Assembly: GCA_964622425.1 (NCBI GenBank)
Contig: CAZUQN010000004.1
Span: 1 to 63,158 of the forward strand
From: an uncultured Ruminococcus sp.
GTDB lineage: Bacteria; Bacillota; Clostridia; Oscillospirales; CAG-272
DNA length: 63,158 nucleotides
Reading direction: 5' to 3'
Part shown: in pieces, positions 9,001 through 16,746 of the stretch
How positions within the stretch are numbered: position 1 is the first letter of the stretch
Layout: each line of letters opens with the position of its first letter
The notes under the pieces: generated by a model
The model's input: only the letters and a program-made list of their open reading frames with translations
The model's database searches: none
What the model was told of the DNA's origin: nothing
Translations under genes and position numbers: made by a program

Positions 9001-10381
9001 AGATCTTCTGCCAATCGGTACGTGTATCCTCGGGAACTACGTCGTCATCAGGATCGGGATCAACGGGAGCAGACTGGTAATCAAGAGTGGTCTTAACGAT
9101 AAGCTCGTACTGACCGTCCTTATTGATAACGGGGTAGTCGCCGTTAGCTGTGATGTAACCTCTCTCTGCGTTAACAACGGGAGTCATACCGTTGTAGTCA
9201 GTACCGTCAAGGTAATCAACGCTGGTAAGCGGGAACTCAAACTCACAAGAGGTACACCAGAAGGTGATCTGCTCGGTCTTTGTTACCTTCTCGCCCTCGG
9301 TAGTTTCGATGATCTCACACTTCTGCATAAGGGTATGAGAAGCGTAAATCTCAGTCTCAAGTCCGCAGATAGTACAAATAGCGGGATCAACACAAGTTGC
9401 CTCGGTGAGAATATGGTCAGCGGGAATACCCTCGGAGAGATTACATCTCTTACAGGTCTTGGGATTCTGGCAGTTAGCCTTTTCCCAATCGTGACCTACA
9501 GCCTCAACAACCTCGCCACAGGTGTAGCAGACAGCGGTGTCGTTACAGCCGATCTCGCCATCGCCGAAGTTGTGTCCTGCAGCAGGTGCTATAACGTTGG
9601 TGGAGGAATCGCCGCAAACCTTACAGGTGCTTACGATAGCGCCGTCAACGGTACAGGACTGCTCAACAATTGTGATCTCATACTGGTGAGCAACGGGGTT
9701 GCCCTCGGTTGCCTTACATACGGAACAGGTCTTGGGAGCGGTGCAGGTAGCATCGGTCCAAACGTGGCCAAGAGCTACGCCCTCGGTAGCGCCACAGCCG
9801 GAACAGGTCTTGGGAGCGTCACAGGTAGCATCTACCCATACGTGCTCAAGAGCCTCGCCCTCGGTAAGTCCGCAGTTGTTACAAGTCTTAGGAGCTGCGC
9901 AGGATGCATCTGCCCAGTCGTGACCCTTAGCCTTACCGGTGGTCTCGCCACAGCGGTTACAGGTCTTAGGAGCTGTGCAGGTAGCGTCTGCATAGTCGTG
10001 GCCAAGCTTCTTGCCGTCTTCAAGACCGCAAACTTCGCAATGCTTTGCAGCCTCGCAAGTTGCGTCTGCCCATACGTGAGCATCGGCATCAGCCTCGCCT
10101 TCTGTTGCTTTACATACGGAACAGGTCTTGGGGGACTCGCAGTTAGCGTCTACCCAAGTATGGCCAAGAGCTTCGCCCTCGGTCTCGCCGCACTCACAAG
10201 TCTTGGGAGACTCGCAGGTTGCGTCTGTCCATACGTGCTCATGTCCCATTCCAAATACGCCAAGAACCTTGTCTTTAACGTTGTCGAGAGTATCGACAAC
10301 AGACTCGGGAAGCATATCACAGGAAGTGAACGCAAGCAAAAGGATCATTGATACAAGGATCAATAAAGAAACCTTTTTCAT
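6035..10381 (-). CDS. Giant lipoprotein (1448 aa): Cys/His-rich ~28-aa repeat arrays alternating with three beta-sandwich (LamG/ConA-like?) modules
   Basis: MKKVSLLILVSMILLLAFTSC is a signal peptide plus lipobox. Repeats of type HxWxDATCxxPKTCxxCGxTEGEALG. Modules carry ANNA[IV]GF..FK and end in ..DD[VI].FG[YF]. AAAAGGAG RBS. Confidence 0.9.
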   Translation of the reverse strand: MKKVSLLILVSMILLLAFTSCDMLPESVVDTLDNVKDKVLGVFGMGHEHVWTDATCESPKTCECGETEGEALGHTWVDANCESPKTCSVCKATEGEADADAHVWADATCEAAKHCEVCGLEDGKKLGHDYADATCTAPKTCNRCGETTGKAKGHDWADASCAAPKTCNNCGLTEGEALEHVWVDATCDAPKTCSGCGATEGVALGHVWTDATCTAPKTCSVCKATEGNPVAHQYEITIVEQSCTVDGAIVSTCKVCGDSSTNVIAPAAGHNFGDGEIGCNDTAVCYTCGEVVEAVGHDWEKANCQNPKTCKRCNLSEGIPADHILTEATCVDPAICTICGLETEIYASHTLMQKCEIIETTEGEKVTKTEQITFWCTSCEFEFPLTSVDYLDGTDYNGMTPVVNAERGYITANGDYPVINKDGQYELIVKTTLDYQSAPVDPDPDDDVVPEDTRTDWQKICGQLQLWIPNNTGGNGGFNGANNAVGFLSFKFNSSMDNKDLPLRLQFVDNSLGDKDPTTGESIRWSSKWCIAGNFFIVRAADEDGNVQIEGWDGIVLKTIQTDENGWTGWVDVKFGIQLDPNTINSEGNYGVITVHYYIDGEYCESISKPLTTLTFGVSSVYLTGSTIAAGKGLMLDDITFGYNNQMAGAWPYDIHTCKYEITDCTLGATCTVCGATKEAGEHAWISATCTEAQYCPICNMIGEPALGHELGGASCNEPASCSRPGCGFTSGEEVLGHDWAEATCTEPKTCKREGCGATEGEALGHDYADATCTAPKTCKRDGCEATEGEPNGHTFGAATCEAPATCTVEGCGATQGKPLGHTGGTAGCDTRAKCDVCGKAYGDTAGHTLGYAHDSGAVTYTCTVCSKAFTTDKNYWYDGSETLQGNSTTNGDRGFTHDGSGNAEIVVEDGNSIYQILKLDDVDQQYQVFVPHGNTTTAFADFSCANNAIGFIAFKINMYSDNASSPFDLKLVDARGTADWDWSKTAVTIFQMTSPASGVVTVKGYSSKTLGTIEVGEDNFTGWVEVAISIQLNSDDTMTLNYYLNGKSVGQVSSIMPIATHKIGAIYMSGRTASQGSGIKLDDVAFGFSVGKEWTLGTCDHEWVEATCDSAKHCTICNEVDGEALGHEGGEATCEAKAVCTRCEKEYGDLGHVASPATCASASVCTLCNAEIAPKLTHQNLTWAYADGKATYTCTDCNTSYVVDKNYNFDGSGETPYANMDLNDENDIYATTEEKDGDRNGWDTGFPVINADGQYVLLNDMGAPGENLQGKATLWIPATNGGVDDFEGFTAASNAIGFYSFSLSLNCDTLFEMQLVDTDMRIAANVPAGKSFWSDGAVPCFFKVSAPAGGKVTVTGLGGIALGEVAIGEDGFTEWFDVTVGIELSDSNIITLHYYINGKYVATASNPFNLALGKIDGVYFQIKSHAVGTGVKFDDVNFGYVSTPAAE
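9325..10245 (-). repeat. Intragenic tandem array of ~84-90-bp units encoding the Cys3His repeat (N-terminal cluster of the 1448-aa protein)
   Basis: Roughly a dozen consecutive units of pattern C-x5-C-x(1-2)-C-x(9-11)-H. Smaller clusters at about 7775-8415 and 6790-7095. Confidence 0.7.
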
Positions 10382-10439
10382 TTTAGTTTTCTCCTTTTAA
10401 ATTTTTTGTAGGTTCTAACCTAATAAGGTTACCGAACAT

Positions 10440-10468
10440 ATTATATCATAAATATTTTTAAAGGTCTA
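10440..10468 (-). promoter_or_regulatory. Promoter of the 1448-aa lipoprotein gene
   Basis: Minus-strand TAGACC (-35), 17-nt spacer, TGATATAAT (extended -10). Duplicated at 16401-16429. Confidence 0.5.
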
Positions 10469-10528
10469 GATGTTTTTTGCATTAATTTAATTTTCATTAA
10501 TAATTACTAGAAGGAAAGGAAAAATTTG

Positions 10529-11010
10529 TGCAAAATGCCCCTCTCACCGCTTCGCGGAGCTCTCCCAAAGGCGAGCCTTATATGCGGTGCGAAGCACGAA
10601 GTGTAGGCGCGGGTGGAAAATGCGAAATGCAAAATGCAGAATTAGGAGCGAGGCGAGACAGAGTGTCATCCTGAGCGAAGTGCGTAAGCACGGAGTCGAA
10701 CCCGTAGGGTGACACAGGTGTCAGGATCTACTTAGGCTAACACGTCAACTATCTAAAAACAGTAGTTAAGGAAGCTGTCATCAAATTTGTACTAGATCCC
10801 TTCGTCGCTACGCTCCTCGGTTTTGCTCCGCTTTCACTCCACAAAACTTCGACTTCACTCCGTTTCGCTCAGGATGACACTCTAACCAACTACGCATTAT
10901 TCGGCGGGAGCAAGCCCCCGCCCTACGGGTAAAATTCTCGTCATTAATTTTTGCATTTTGCATTCTGCATTTTGCATTTGCGGACCGTCGAGGACGCCGG
11001 TCCCTACGGT
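10529..11010. repeat. Intergenic mosaic repeat, copy C
   Basis: Heptads AAATGCG AAATGCA AAATGCA (10617-10637) and their inverted counterparts TTTGCATTTTGCATTCTGCATTTTGCATTTGC (about 10950-10981). Shares CACCGCTTCGCGGAGC with copy A and CGGACCGTCG with copy B. Confidence 0.6.
10661..10882. repeat. 222-bp palindromic (MITE-like) element nested inside repeat copy C
   Basis: Perfect 19-bp terminal inverted repeats: GAGTGTCATCCTGAGCGAA (10661-10679) and TTCGCTCAGGATGACACTC (10864-10882). Inner inverted repeat GGATCTA/TAGATCC. No ORF inside. Confidence 0.6.
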
Positions 11011-11065
11011 TTATGTCACACTTTACATACTCTTTTTTTTGCTAACTACCGGTTAGCAAAAGGCA

Positions 11066-11099
11066 TAAAAACAGAGCCCGTGCGGAATGCACGGGCTCT
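11066..11099 (-). terminator. Terminator of the 1731-aa lipoprotein gene
   Basis: AGAGCCCGTGC / GCACGGGCTCT stem, with a T-run on the minus strand. Confidence 0.75.
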
Positions 11100-11144
11100 T
11101 CCCTACCCCTTTCGGGTCTGGGTGAATTTTTAGTTAGTTCTCAA

Positions 11145-14100
11145 TTACTCAGCGTAGTTGATTACAAGGTTGGAGATGAGCATCTCACCCTGGAAGTGAT
11201 AGAGGTTAAGAAGTATGTTCTTAAGCTCTTCAGGAGTTGCGAAGGTGTAGCTCATAGTATGCCATTCGCCATCGAGAACAAGATCAGTTCCCTTAAGCTC
11301 AGGATAATCTTCTGTCGAGCCATCATTGTTAACGTGAGTAGCAACAGTCTTAACCTGAACGTACGCATCCGTCTGGAAGGTCTCGCCGAGATAAGGATCG
11401 TAGAATGTGTATCTGGTGTTATCTTCAACAGTTCCTTCAATCTTGTAATCGAAGGAGAAGCTTGTAACCTTCTTGGTGCTATCAAGAGCAAATCTGAACT
11501 CAGTGAACTGCTCTGCCTCAGTGCCTGCCCAAGCGTAGGTTCTGGAAACGTAGAGTGCCTCTACCTCAGCGCCGTCCTTGTCAGCAAGAACGTATACGGG
11601 AGTACCGCCCTGTGCGTTAACGGTGGTGCACTGATCGCACTGCTTGAACTTGGAATCTACGATAGTCTTAAGAGTCTCGGAGGTAACGTTCTCAGCTGCG
11701 ATCTCGGAGTTGTAGAACTTCTCGGGAGCTACGTAGCCGAATGCGAGATCGTCGAACTTGAAGCCAGTGCCCTTAGCATTGGTCTTACCGGTAATGTAAA
11801 CAGAATTAATTCTGTAGGTGTAGATAGGCATGGTTTCGGTTACAGTTGCAACTGCTACGCCATTATAATAATAGGTAAGAGTCATGGTATTGTCATCATG
11901 AAGTTCAATCTTGATAGCAATATCGAGCCAACCGGTCCACTGGTCTGCATCAAGCTCTACAACGGCAACAGTAACGCCCTTGTAACCAGTAACCTTAGCA
12001 GTAGTCTGATTCTCGGAGCTTATTTTCTCAATGTCGAGAACAGCGAAAGAGCAATCAGTCCAGCCATCCTTATTAGGACCACCGCTCCAAGCGCCGGTTT
12101 CTCTTTCAGCATTAAGCTTGAACTGAAGGCCATTATTATTCACGTTTTTCGCATTAACCTTGAAGGAAAGGAAACCAACGGAATTATTAGCGCAAGAGAA
12201 ATCATTAAGGAGCGCGGGGGTACCCTTAAGAGGAACCCAGATCTGCTGCTGACCCTTTGCTGCACCATCCTCATCAGGACTAATCATTTCATACTGTCCC
12301 TGCTCGTTAATGGTAAGAACGTAGTCAACACCGTTGTTAACAACTTCAAGGTTGTTCTTATCGGTACCGTCTGCATAGTAACCGGTAAGGTTGTAGGATT
12401 CGCCACAACCGTTAGCGCAGGAGTAAACGAAGGTGTTCTTAGCTGCGTCCCAAGCGGAACCAGTAAGGTTATGGCCGGTAGCCTTAGCTGCTACTTCGCC
12501 ACAAACGGAGCACTTAGCATCCTCGGTACAGGTTGCGTCCTCAGCGGTGTGACCCTTAGCGGAAGCGTAAACGTAACCGCAGCTGCATTTCTCAGCCTCG
12601 GTACAAGTAGCATCAGACTTTTCATGAGCCTGACCGTCGAGCTGGAAGTGAACCTTTTCAGTGGTGCAAGCAAATACGATGTCATCGATTGCAAAGCCTG
12701 CGCCCTTAGTAGTGTTAGAGCTCTTGATGTAAACGGATCTGAGTATACCGGTATGAATATCCATAGCGCCGGTAGCAGTGCCTGCATACTTACCGTTTAC
12801 AAGGACGTTGATAGTGATTTTCTTCTCAGAGGTGAGCTGGATCATAAGAGCAATGTCGATCCAACCGTCATTCTCAGAAAGGGAAACAGTGCCAAAATTG
12901 GTGTTGTAGTTATCAATGCCGCCCTTGATGGTAACGGAACCGTCTGCTATCTTGTTGATGTTGAGTACGTTAATGTCACTCGGACCCCAGCCTGACCAGT
13001 TGGAGCCATTTCTTCTCTCAGCAAAAATAAACTCGATGTCACCGTCGGTGTTGTTGGGCTTAATCTTGAATGCGAATACGCCGAATGCGTTGTTTTCGCA
13101 GGAGAAGTCCGCAAGAGTGTCGGGATTATTGACATTGCTGGGGACCCAAAGCTGAGCCTGAGCGTTGCTGGGAGCGTCAGATTTATTGAAGTAATCGTAG
13201 TAACCGTTGGAGTTATCGCCGGTGTAAGAGGCAGTATCACCACTTGCGTTAGTGAAGGTCTCGGTACCGTCGAAGTAATGACCTGCAAGGTTGTAAGAAG
13301 CGCCGCAGTTGTTAACGCAAGCGTAAATCATAGTCGTAGCAGTTGCATCGTAACCGGAAACTGCAAGGCTATGACCGAGAGCCTTCTCTGCTACTTCGCC
13401 ACAAACGGAGCACTTAGCATCCTCAGTACAGGTTGCCTTGCCGTTGGTGTGACCAAGAGCGGGAGAAAGAACATAACCACAAGAGCACTGCTCGGGCTCG
13501 GTACAGGTTGCTTCGGAAACATCGTGGTTCTGACCGTCGAAGAAGAAGTGACCTGCTTCAGTGGTGTAACCCATAACGATATCATCCATGATGATACCGG
13601 TGTTAGCAGTATAGGTCCAACCGTTGATATAGAGCGCTCTAATATCGCCGGAATCAATAGTCATGTCACCGGAGAAGGTGCCGACGTACTCAGCGTTGAT
13701 GTAGTAGTGAGCAGTGATGGTGTTGTCATCCTTGAGCTGGATGAAGATCTTAACGTCGAACATCTCAGACCAGCCGTCCTTAGCGGGGATGGTAACAAGC
13801 TCAGTGCCTGCGTTGAAGCCACCCTTAAGAACGATGCCGTCCTCAGAGTAAGCGCCTACGTTGAGAAGCTTAATCTCGCTGGTGCCCCAACCGGTCCAGT
13901 CAGCCGCGCCTCTTTCCTTAGCTGCGGAAACATTGAACGCGGTATCAACGTTAGTCTGCATCTTGAATGCGATAACGCCGGTAGCGTTGTTAGCACAAGA
14001 GAAGCCCTGAAGGCCCTTGCCTGCGCCGTTGGAAGGAATCCAGAACATATGCTGAGAACCGGCCTTACCGGAATCAGTGTACTCATACCAACCGGTCTTG

Positions 14101-16340
14101 TTACCAGATTCATCCTTTTCCTCGGTAGTAGTGCTGTCGCCTGCTACGATAGAGCTGCCGGGAGCAGCGGTAGTAGGAGCGAAGAATGCTTCATACTGAC
14201 CAGCTTCATTGATATTGATAGCGAAACCGCCGTTCTTAGTGAATACAAAATCATTTGCAGCTGCGCCGTTGAAGTACTTGTACTCTTCGATTACGAAGGA
14301 TACGTTACAAGCGGAGCAGGTGTAGCTGAGCTTTTCCTCGTCGGAGGAGATAACAAGGTTGTGACCAAGAGGTTTACCATCGGTATCGCCACAGGTCTTA
14401 CAGGTCTTAGGAAGAACGCAAGTAGCGTCTGCCCAGTCGTGGCCAAGAGCCTCACCCTGAGTAAGACCGCAAGAGCAGGTCTCGGGCTCGGTACAGGTCG
14501 CGGGAGTAACTACGTGAGACTGATTGTCGAATACGTAGTGAGAATTCTTGGTATGGCCGAAGAGAATATCGTCCATGTAGTAACCGGAGCCTGCATTCCA
14601 AGCGTTAAGGTTAATGTATACGCAGGAGAGAGCATCACCGTCTACGGTGTTTTCGTAAGAGCCGGATGCAAGGAATGCACCGTCGATGTAGTAGTAAGTA
14701 GTAACTACGTCGTTCTCGCTATCCATAACGAAGAACATCTGAACCTCGAACCACTCGGTAGCGGAACCGCCATCAACAAGAGTAACGGGAAGCTCAACGG
14801 TGGTACGGCTGTTGTCAACCCATACGTTAGCCTTATAGCCGGTAACAACGCCCTCAGCAACGATGGGCTGAATGTCAAGAACATTGGTTCTGATACCGTT
14901 CTCGGGATTCCAACCGTTAGAGTTGTGAAGAAGAACGGAGAATACGTCCTTAGCGTAGGAGAGGTCAAGCTTAAGCTTGAAGGACATAGCGCCGATGCTC
15001 TTATTGCCGGCGTTGAACTCCTTGAAGCCGGTCTTGATCTGAGGAAGCCAAACCTGCATCTGAGTAGTGCCTGCTGCATCAGTACCGTCAACACGAGCTT
15101 CATCGGTAATTGCCTTCCAAACGCCGTTCTCGGAAACAACCTTGTTAGCGCCGCCGTTGTATGCGGAGCCGGTACCTACGTAGTTACCGATATTGGTGCC
15201 GGTGTAGCTACCAATGGTAGTGCCGGTCATATTGTCGCCATTGAAGTATACGCCCTCAGAAACAACGCTGAAGGAAACGTTACACTTAGAACAAGTGAAG
15301 GTTGCATCGGTGGTTACGATGTTATGACCATCGTACTCGCCGTAGCTTTCAGAACAAACATCACAAACTGCAAGAGTGTTGCAGGTTGCGGTGCCGCCAA
15401 CGTGACCAAGAGCCTCGCCCTCGGTGCCGCCGCAAAGCTTACAAGTCTTAGGAAGAACACAGGTAGCGTCTGCATAGTCGTGGCCGGTAGCGTCAACTTC
15501 GCTTACCTTACCACAAGTGGTACACTCACTGGGAGTTACACAAGTAGCCTCAGTCCACTCGTGACCGAGAGGGCTGCCCTTGGTATGTCCACAACCGGAA
15601 CAAGTCTGAGGAGCCTCACAGGTAGCGTCTGCATAGTTGTGACCAAGAGCCTCACCCTGGATCTCACCACAGTTGAGACAGATCTCGGGAAGTACGCAGG
15701 TTGCCTCGGTCCAGTTGTGGCCGATGCACTCGCCCTCGGTTGCGCCGCAGTTGAGACAAGTCTCGGGATTCTCGCAGTCAGCTGCATCCCAAGTATGGCC
15801 CTTTGCTACGCCTTCGGTAGCTGCGCAAACCTTACAGGTCTTAGGAATAACACAGGTAGCCTCCATCCAGTCGTGACCGGAAGCGGTACCCTCTGTTTTA
15901 TTACACTCTACGCAATACTTAGCATTGGTGCAAGTTGCGTCGATCCAGGTGTGGCCAAGCGCCTCACCGCTGATCTCGCCGCAAAGCTTACAGGTAGCGG
16001 GAGTTTCGCAGCTAGCTGCTTCCCACTCATGCTTGAGAGCATTGCCTTCAGTTTTGCTACATACGGAACAGGTCTTGGGAGCCTGGCAGGTAGCGTCGGT
16101 CCAAGTGTGGCCGAGTGCCTCGCCGTCGGTCTCACCGCACTCACAAGTCTTGGGGGACTCACAAGTAGCGTCTGTCCATACGTGCTCGTGCTCTACGGAC
16201 TGCTCAATGCCAAACCAGCCGAGTACGGTTTCCTTAGCGTCGTTAAGAGGACCGGCTACGGACTCGGGAAGCATATCACAGGACGTGAATGCGAGCAAAA
16301 GGATCATTGATACAAGGATCAATAAAGAAACCTTTTTCAT
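11145..16340 (-). CDS. Giant lipoprotein (1731 aa), paralogue of 6035-10381, with more beta-sandwich modules
   Basis: Signal peptide and lipobox identical to the 1448-aa protein. Cys3His repeat clusters at about 15270-16190, 14290-14520, 13300-13520 and 12400-12620. Repeated modules end in MDDILFGH, MDDIVMGY, IDDIVFAC and FDDLAFGY. Confidence 0.9.
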   Translation of the reverse strand: MKKVSLLILVSMILLLAFTSCDMLPESVAGPLNDAKETVLGWFGIEQSVEHEHVWTDATCESPKTCECGETDGEALGHTWTDATCQAPKTCSVCSKTEGNALKHEWEAASCETPATCKLCGEISGEALGHTWIDATCTNAKYCVECNKTEGTASGHDWMEATCVIPKTCKVCAATEGVAKGHTWDAADCENPETCLNCGATEGECIGHNWTEATCVLPEICLNCGEIQGEALGHNYADATCEAPQTCSGCGHTKGSPLGHEWTEATCVTPSECTTCGKVSEVDATGHDYADATCVLPKTCKLCGGTEGEALGHVGGTATCNTLAVCDVCSESYGEYDGHNIVTTDATFTCSKCNVSFSVVSEGVYFNGDNMTGTTIGSYTGTNIGNYVGTGSAYNGGANKVVSENGVWKAITDEARVDGTDAAGTTQMQVWLPQIKTGFKEFNAGNKSIGAMSFKLKLDLSYAKDVFSVLLHNSNGWNPENGIRTNVLDIQPIVAEGVVTGYKANVWVDNSRTTVELPVTLVDGGSATEWFEVQMFFVMDSENDVVTTYYYIDGAFLASGSYENTVDGDALSCVYINLNAWNAGSGYYMDDILFGHTKNSHYVFDNQSHVVTPATCTEPETCSCGLTQGEALGHDWADATCVLPKTCKTCGDTDGKPLGHNLVISSDEEKLSYTCSACNVSFVIEEYKYFNGAAANDFVFTKNGGFAININEAGQYEAFFAPTTAAPGSSIVAGDSTTTEEKDESGNKTGWYEYTDSGKAGSQHMFWIPSNGAGKGLQGFSCANNATGVIAFKMQTNVDTAFNVSAAKERGAADWTGWGTSEIKLLNVGAYSEDGIVLKGGFNAGTELVTIPAKDGWSEMFDVKIFIQLKDDNTITAHYYINAEYVGTFSGDMTIDSGDIRALYINGWTYTANTGIIMDDIVMGYTTEAGHFFFDGQNHDVSEATCTEPEQCSCGYVLSPALGHTNGKATCTEDAKCSVCGEVAEKALGHSLAVSGYDATATTMIYACVNNCGASYNLAGHYFDGTETFTNASGDTASYTGDNSNGYYDYFNKSDAPSNAQAQLWVPSNVNNPDTLADFSCENNAFGVFAFKIKPNNTDGDIEFIFAERRNGSNWSGWGPSDINVLNINKIADGSVTIKGGIDNYNTNFGTVSLSENDGWIDIALMIQLTSEKKITINVLVNGKYAGTATGAMDIHTGILRSVYIKSSNTTKGAGFAIDDIVFACTTEKVHFQLDGQAHEKSDATCTEAEKCSCGYVYASAKGHTAEDATCTEDAKCSVCGEVAAKATGHNLTGSAWDAAKNTFVYSCANGCGESYNLTGYYADGTDKNNLEVVNNGVDYVLTINEQGQYEMISPDEDGAAKGQQQIWVPLKGTPALLNDFSCANNSVGFLSFKVNAKNVNNNGLQFKLNAERETGAWSGGPNKDGWTDCSFAVLDIEKISSENQTTAKVTGYKGVTVAVVELDADQWTGWLDIAIKIELHDDNTMTLTYYYNGVAVATVTETMPIYTYRINSVYITGKTNAKGTGFKFDDLAFGYVAPEKFYNSEIAAENVTSETLKTIVDSKFKQCDQCTTVNAQGGTPVYVLADKDGAEVEALYVSRTYAWAGTEAEQFTEFRFALDSTKKVTSFSFDYKIEGTVEDNTRYTFYDPYLGETFQTDAYVQVKTVATHVNNDGSTEDYPELKGTDLVLDGEWHTMSYTFATPEELKNILLNLYHFQGEMLISNLVINYAE
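15270..16190 (-). repeat. Intragenic Cys3His repeat array (N-terminal cluster of the 1731-aa protein)
   Basis: Consecutive units such as HVWTDATCESPKTCECGETDGEALG, HTWTDATCQAPKTCSVCSKTEGNAL and HEWEAASCETPATCKLCGEISGEALG. Confidence 0.7.
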
Positions 16341-16400
16341 TTTCGTTTTCTCCTTTTAAATTTTGTTAGGTAATTTTCCCCTATAAAGGTTACCGCAATT

Positions 16401-16429
16401 ATTATAACACAAAGATTTAAAAAGGTCTA
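16401..16429 (-). promoter_or_regulatory. Promoter of the 1731-aa lipoprotein gene
   Basis: Minus-strand TAGACC, 17-nt spacer, TGTTATAAT. Lies inside the block duplicated from 10381-10510. Confidence 0.5.
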
Positions 16430-16746
16430 GATGTTTTTCTCATTAATTTAATTTTCATTAATAATGTCCATTCTGTGAACGTTTTTTTGTGCAATTTACC
16501 CACGCGCGAATTAATAATAGGAAGAAATGAAATTTTATGAAAAATTCAAAGCTTGATAAAAAGCAACTGCTGCCGAGCGAAAACACAGCACTAATTTCCT
16601 GAGGCTTTTCTAACGCAAAAAACACTGAAAAAACATTTTAAGGCGCATTTCGTAACCTATCATTTACATATCCAAGCAACAAAAAGAACAGAGCCCACTC
16701 GGAGCTCTGCTCTTGTCACTTATCGATTTCTTTAGGTTCGCGATGT

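Noticed and set aside
7583-10351. 922-aa + strand ORF antisense to the 1448-aa lipoprotein gene. Similar ORFs occur at 13278-16310 (1010 aa) and 11196-12995 (599 aa) opposite the 1731-aa gene.
   Set aside because: Their products are low-complexity (G/V/S/T/A/L-rich) with no start context, RBS or recognisable motif. The opposite strand encodes proteins with a signal peptide, a coherent repeat architecture, an RBS and terminators. These are shadow ORFs caused by codon bias that avoids antisense stop codons.
6035-16340. Considered whether the Cys-rich repeats are multihaem c-type cytochrome motifs.
   Set aside because: The haem-attachment motif is CxxCH with His immediately after the second Cys. 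Here the His follows 9-11 residues later (CxxC-x9-11-H), and I saw no CxxCH run.
16537-16602. 21-codon + strand ORF (MKNSKLDKKQLLPSENTALIS) in the intergenic region upstream of the 1731-aa gene.
   Set aside because: It is too short, has no convincing RBS at proper spacing, lies opposite to all neighbouring genes, and has no supporting feature.
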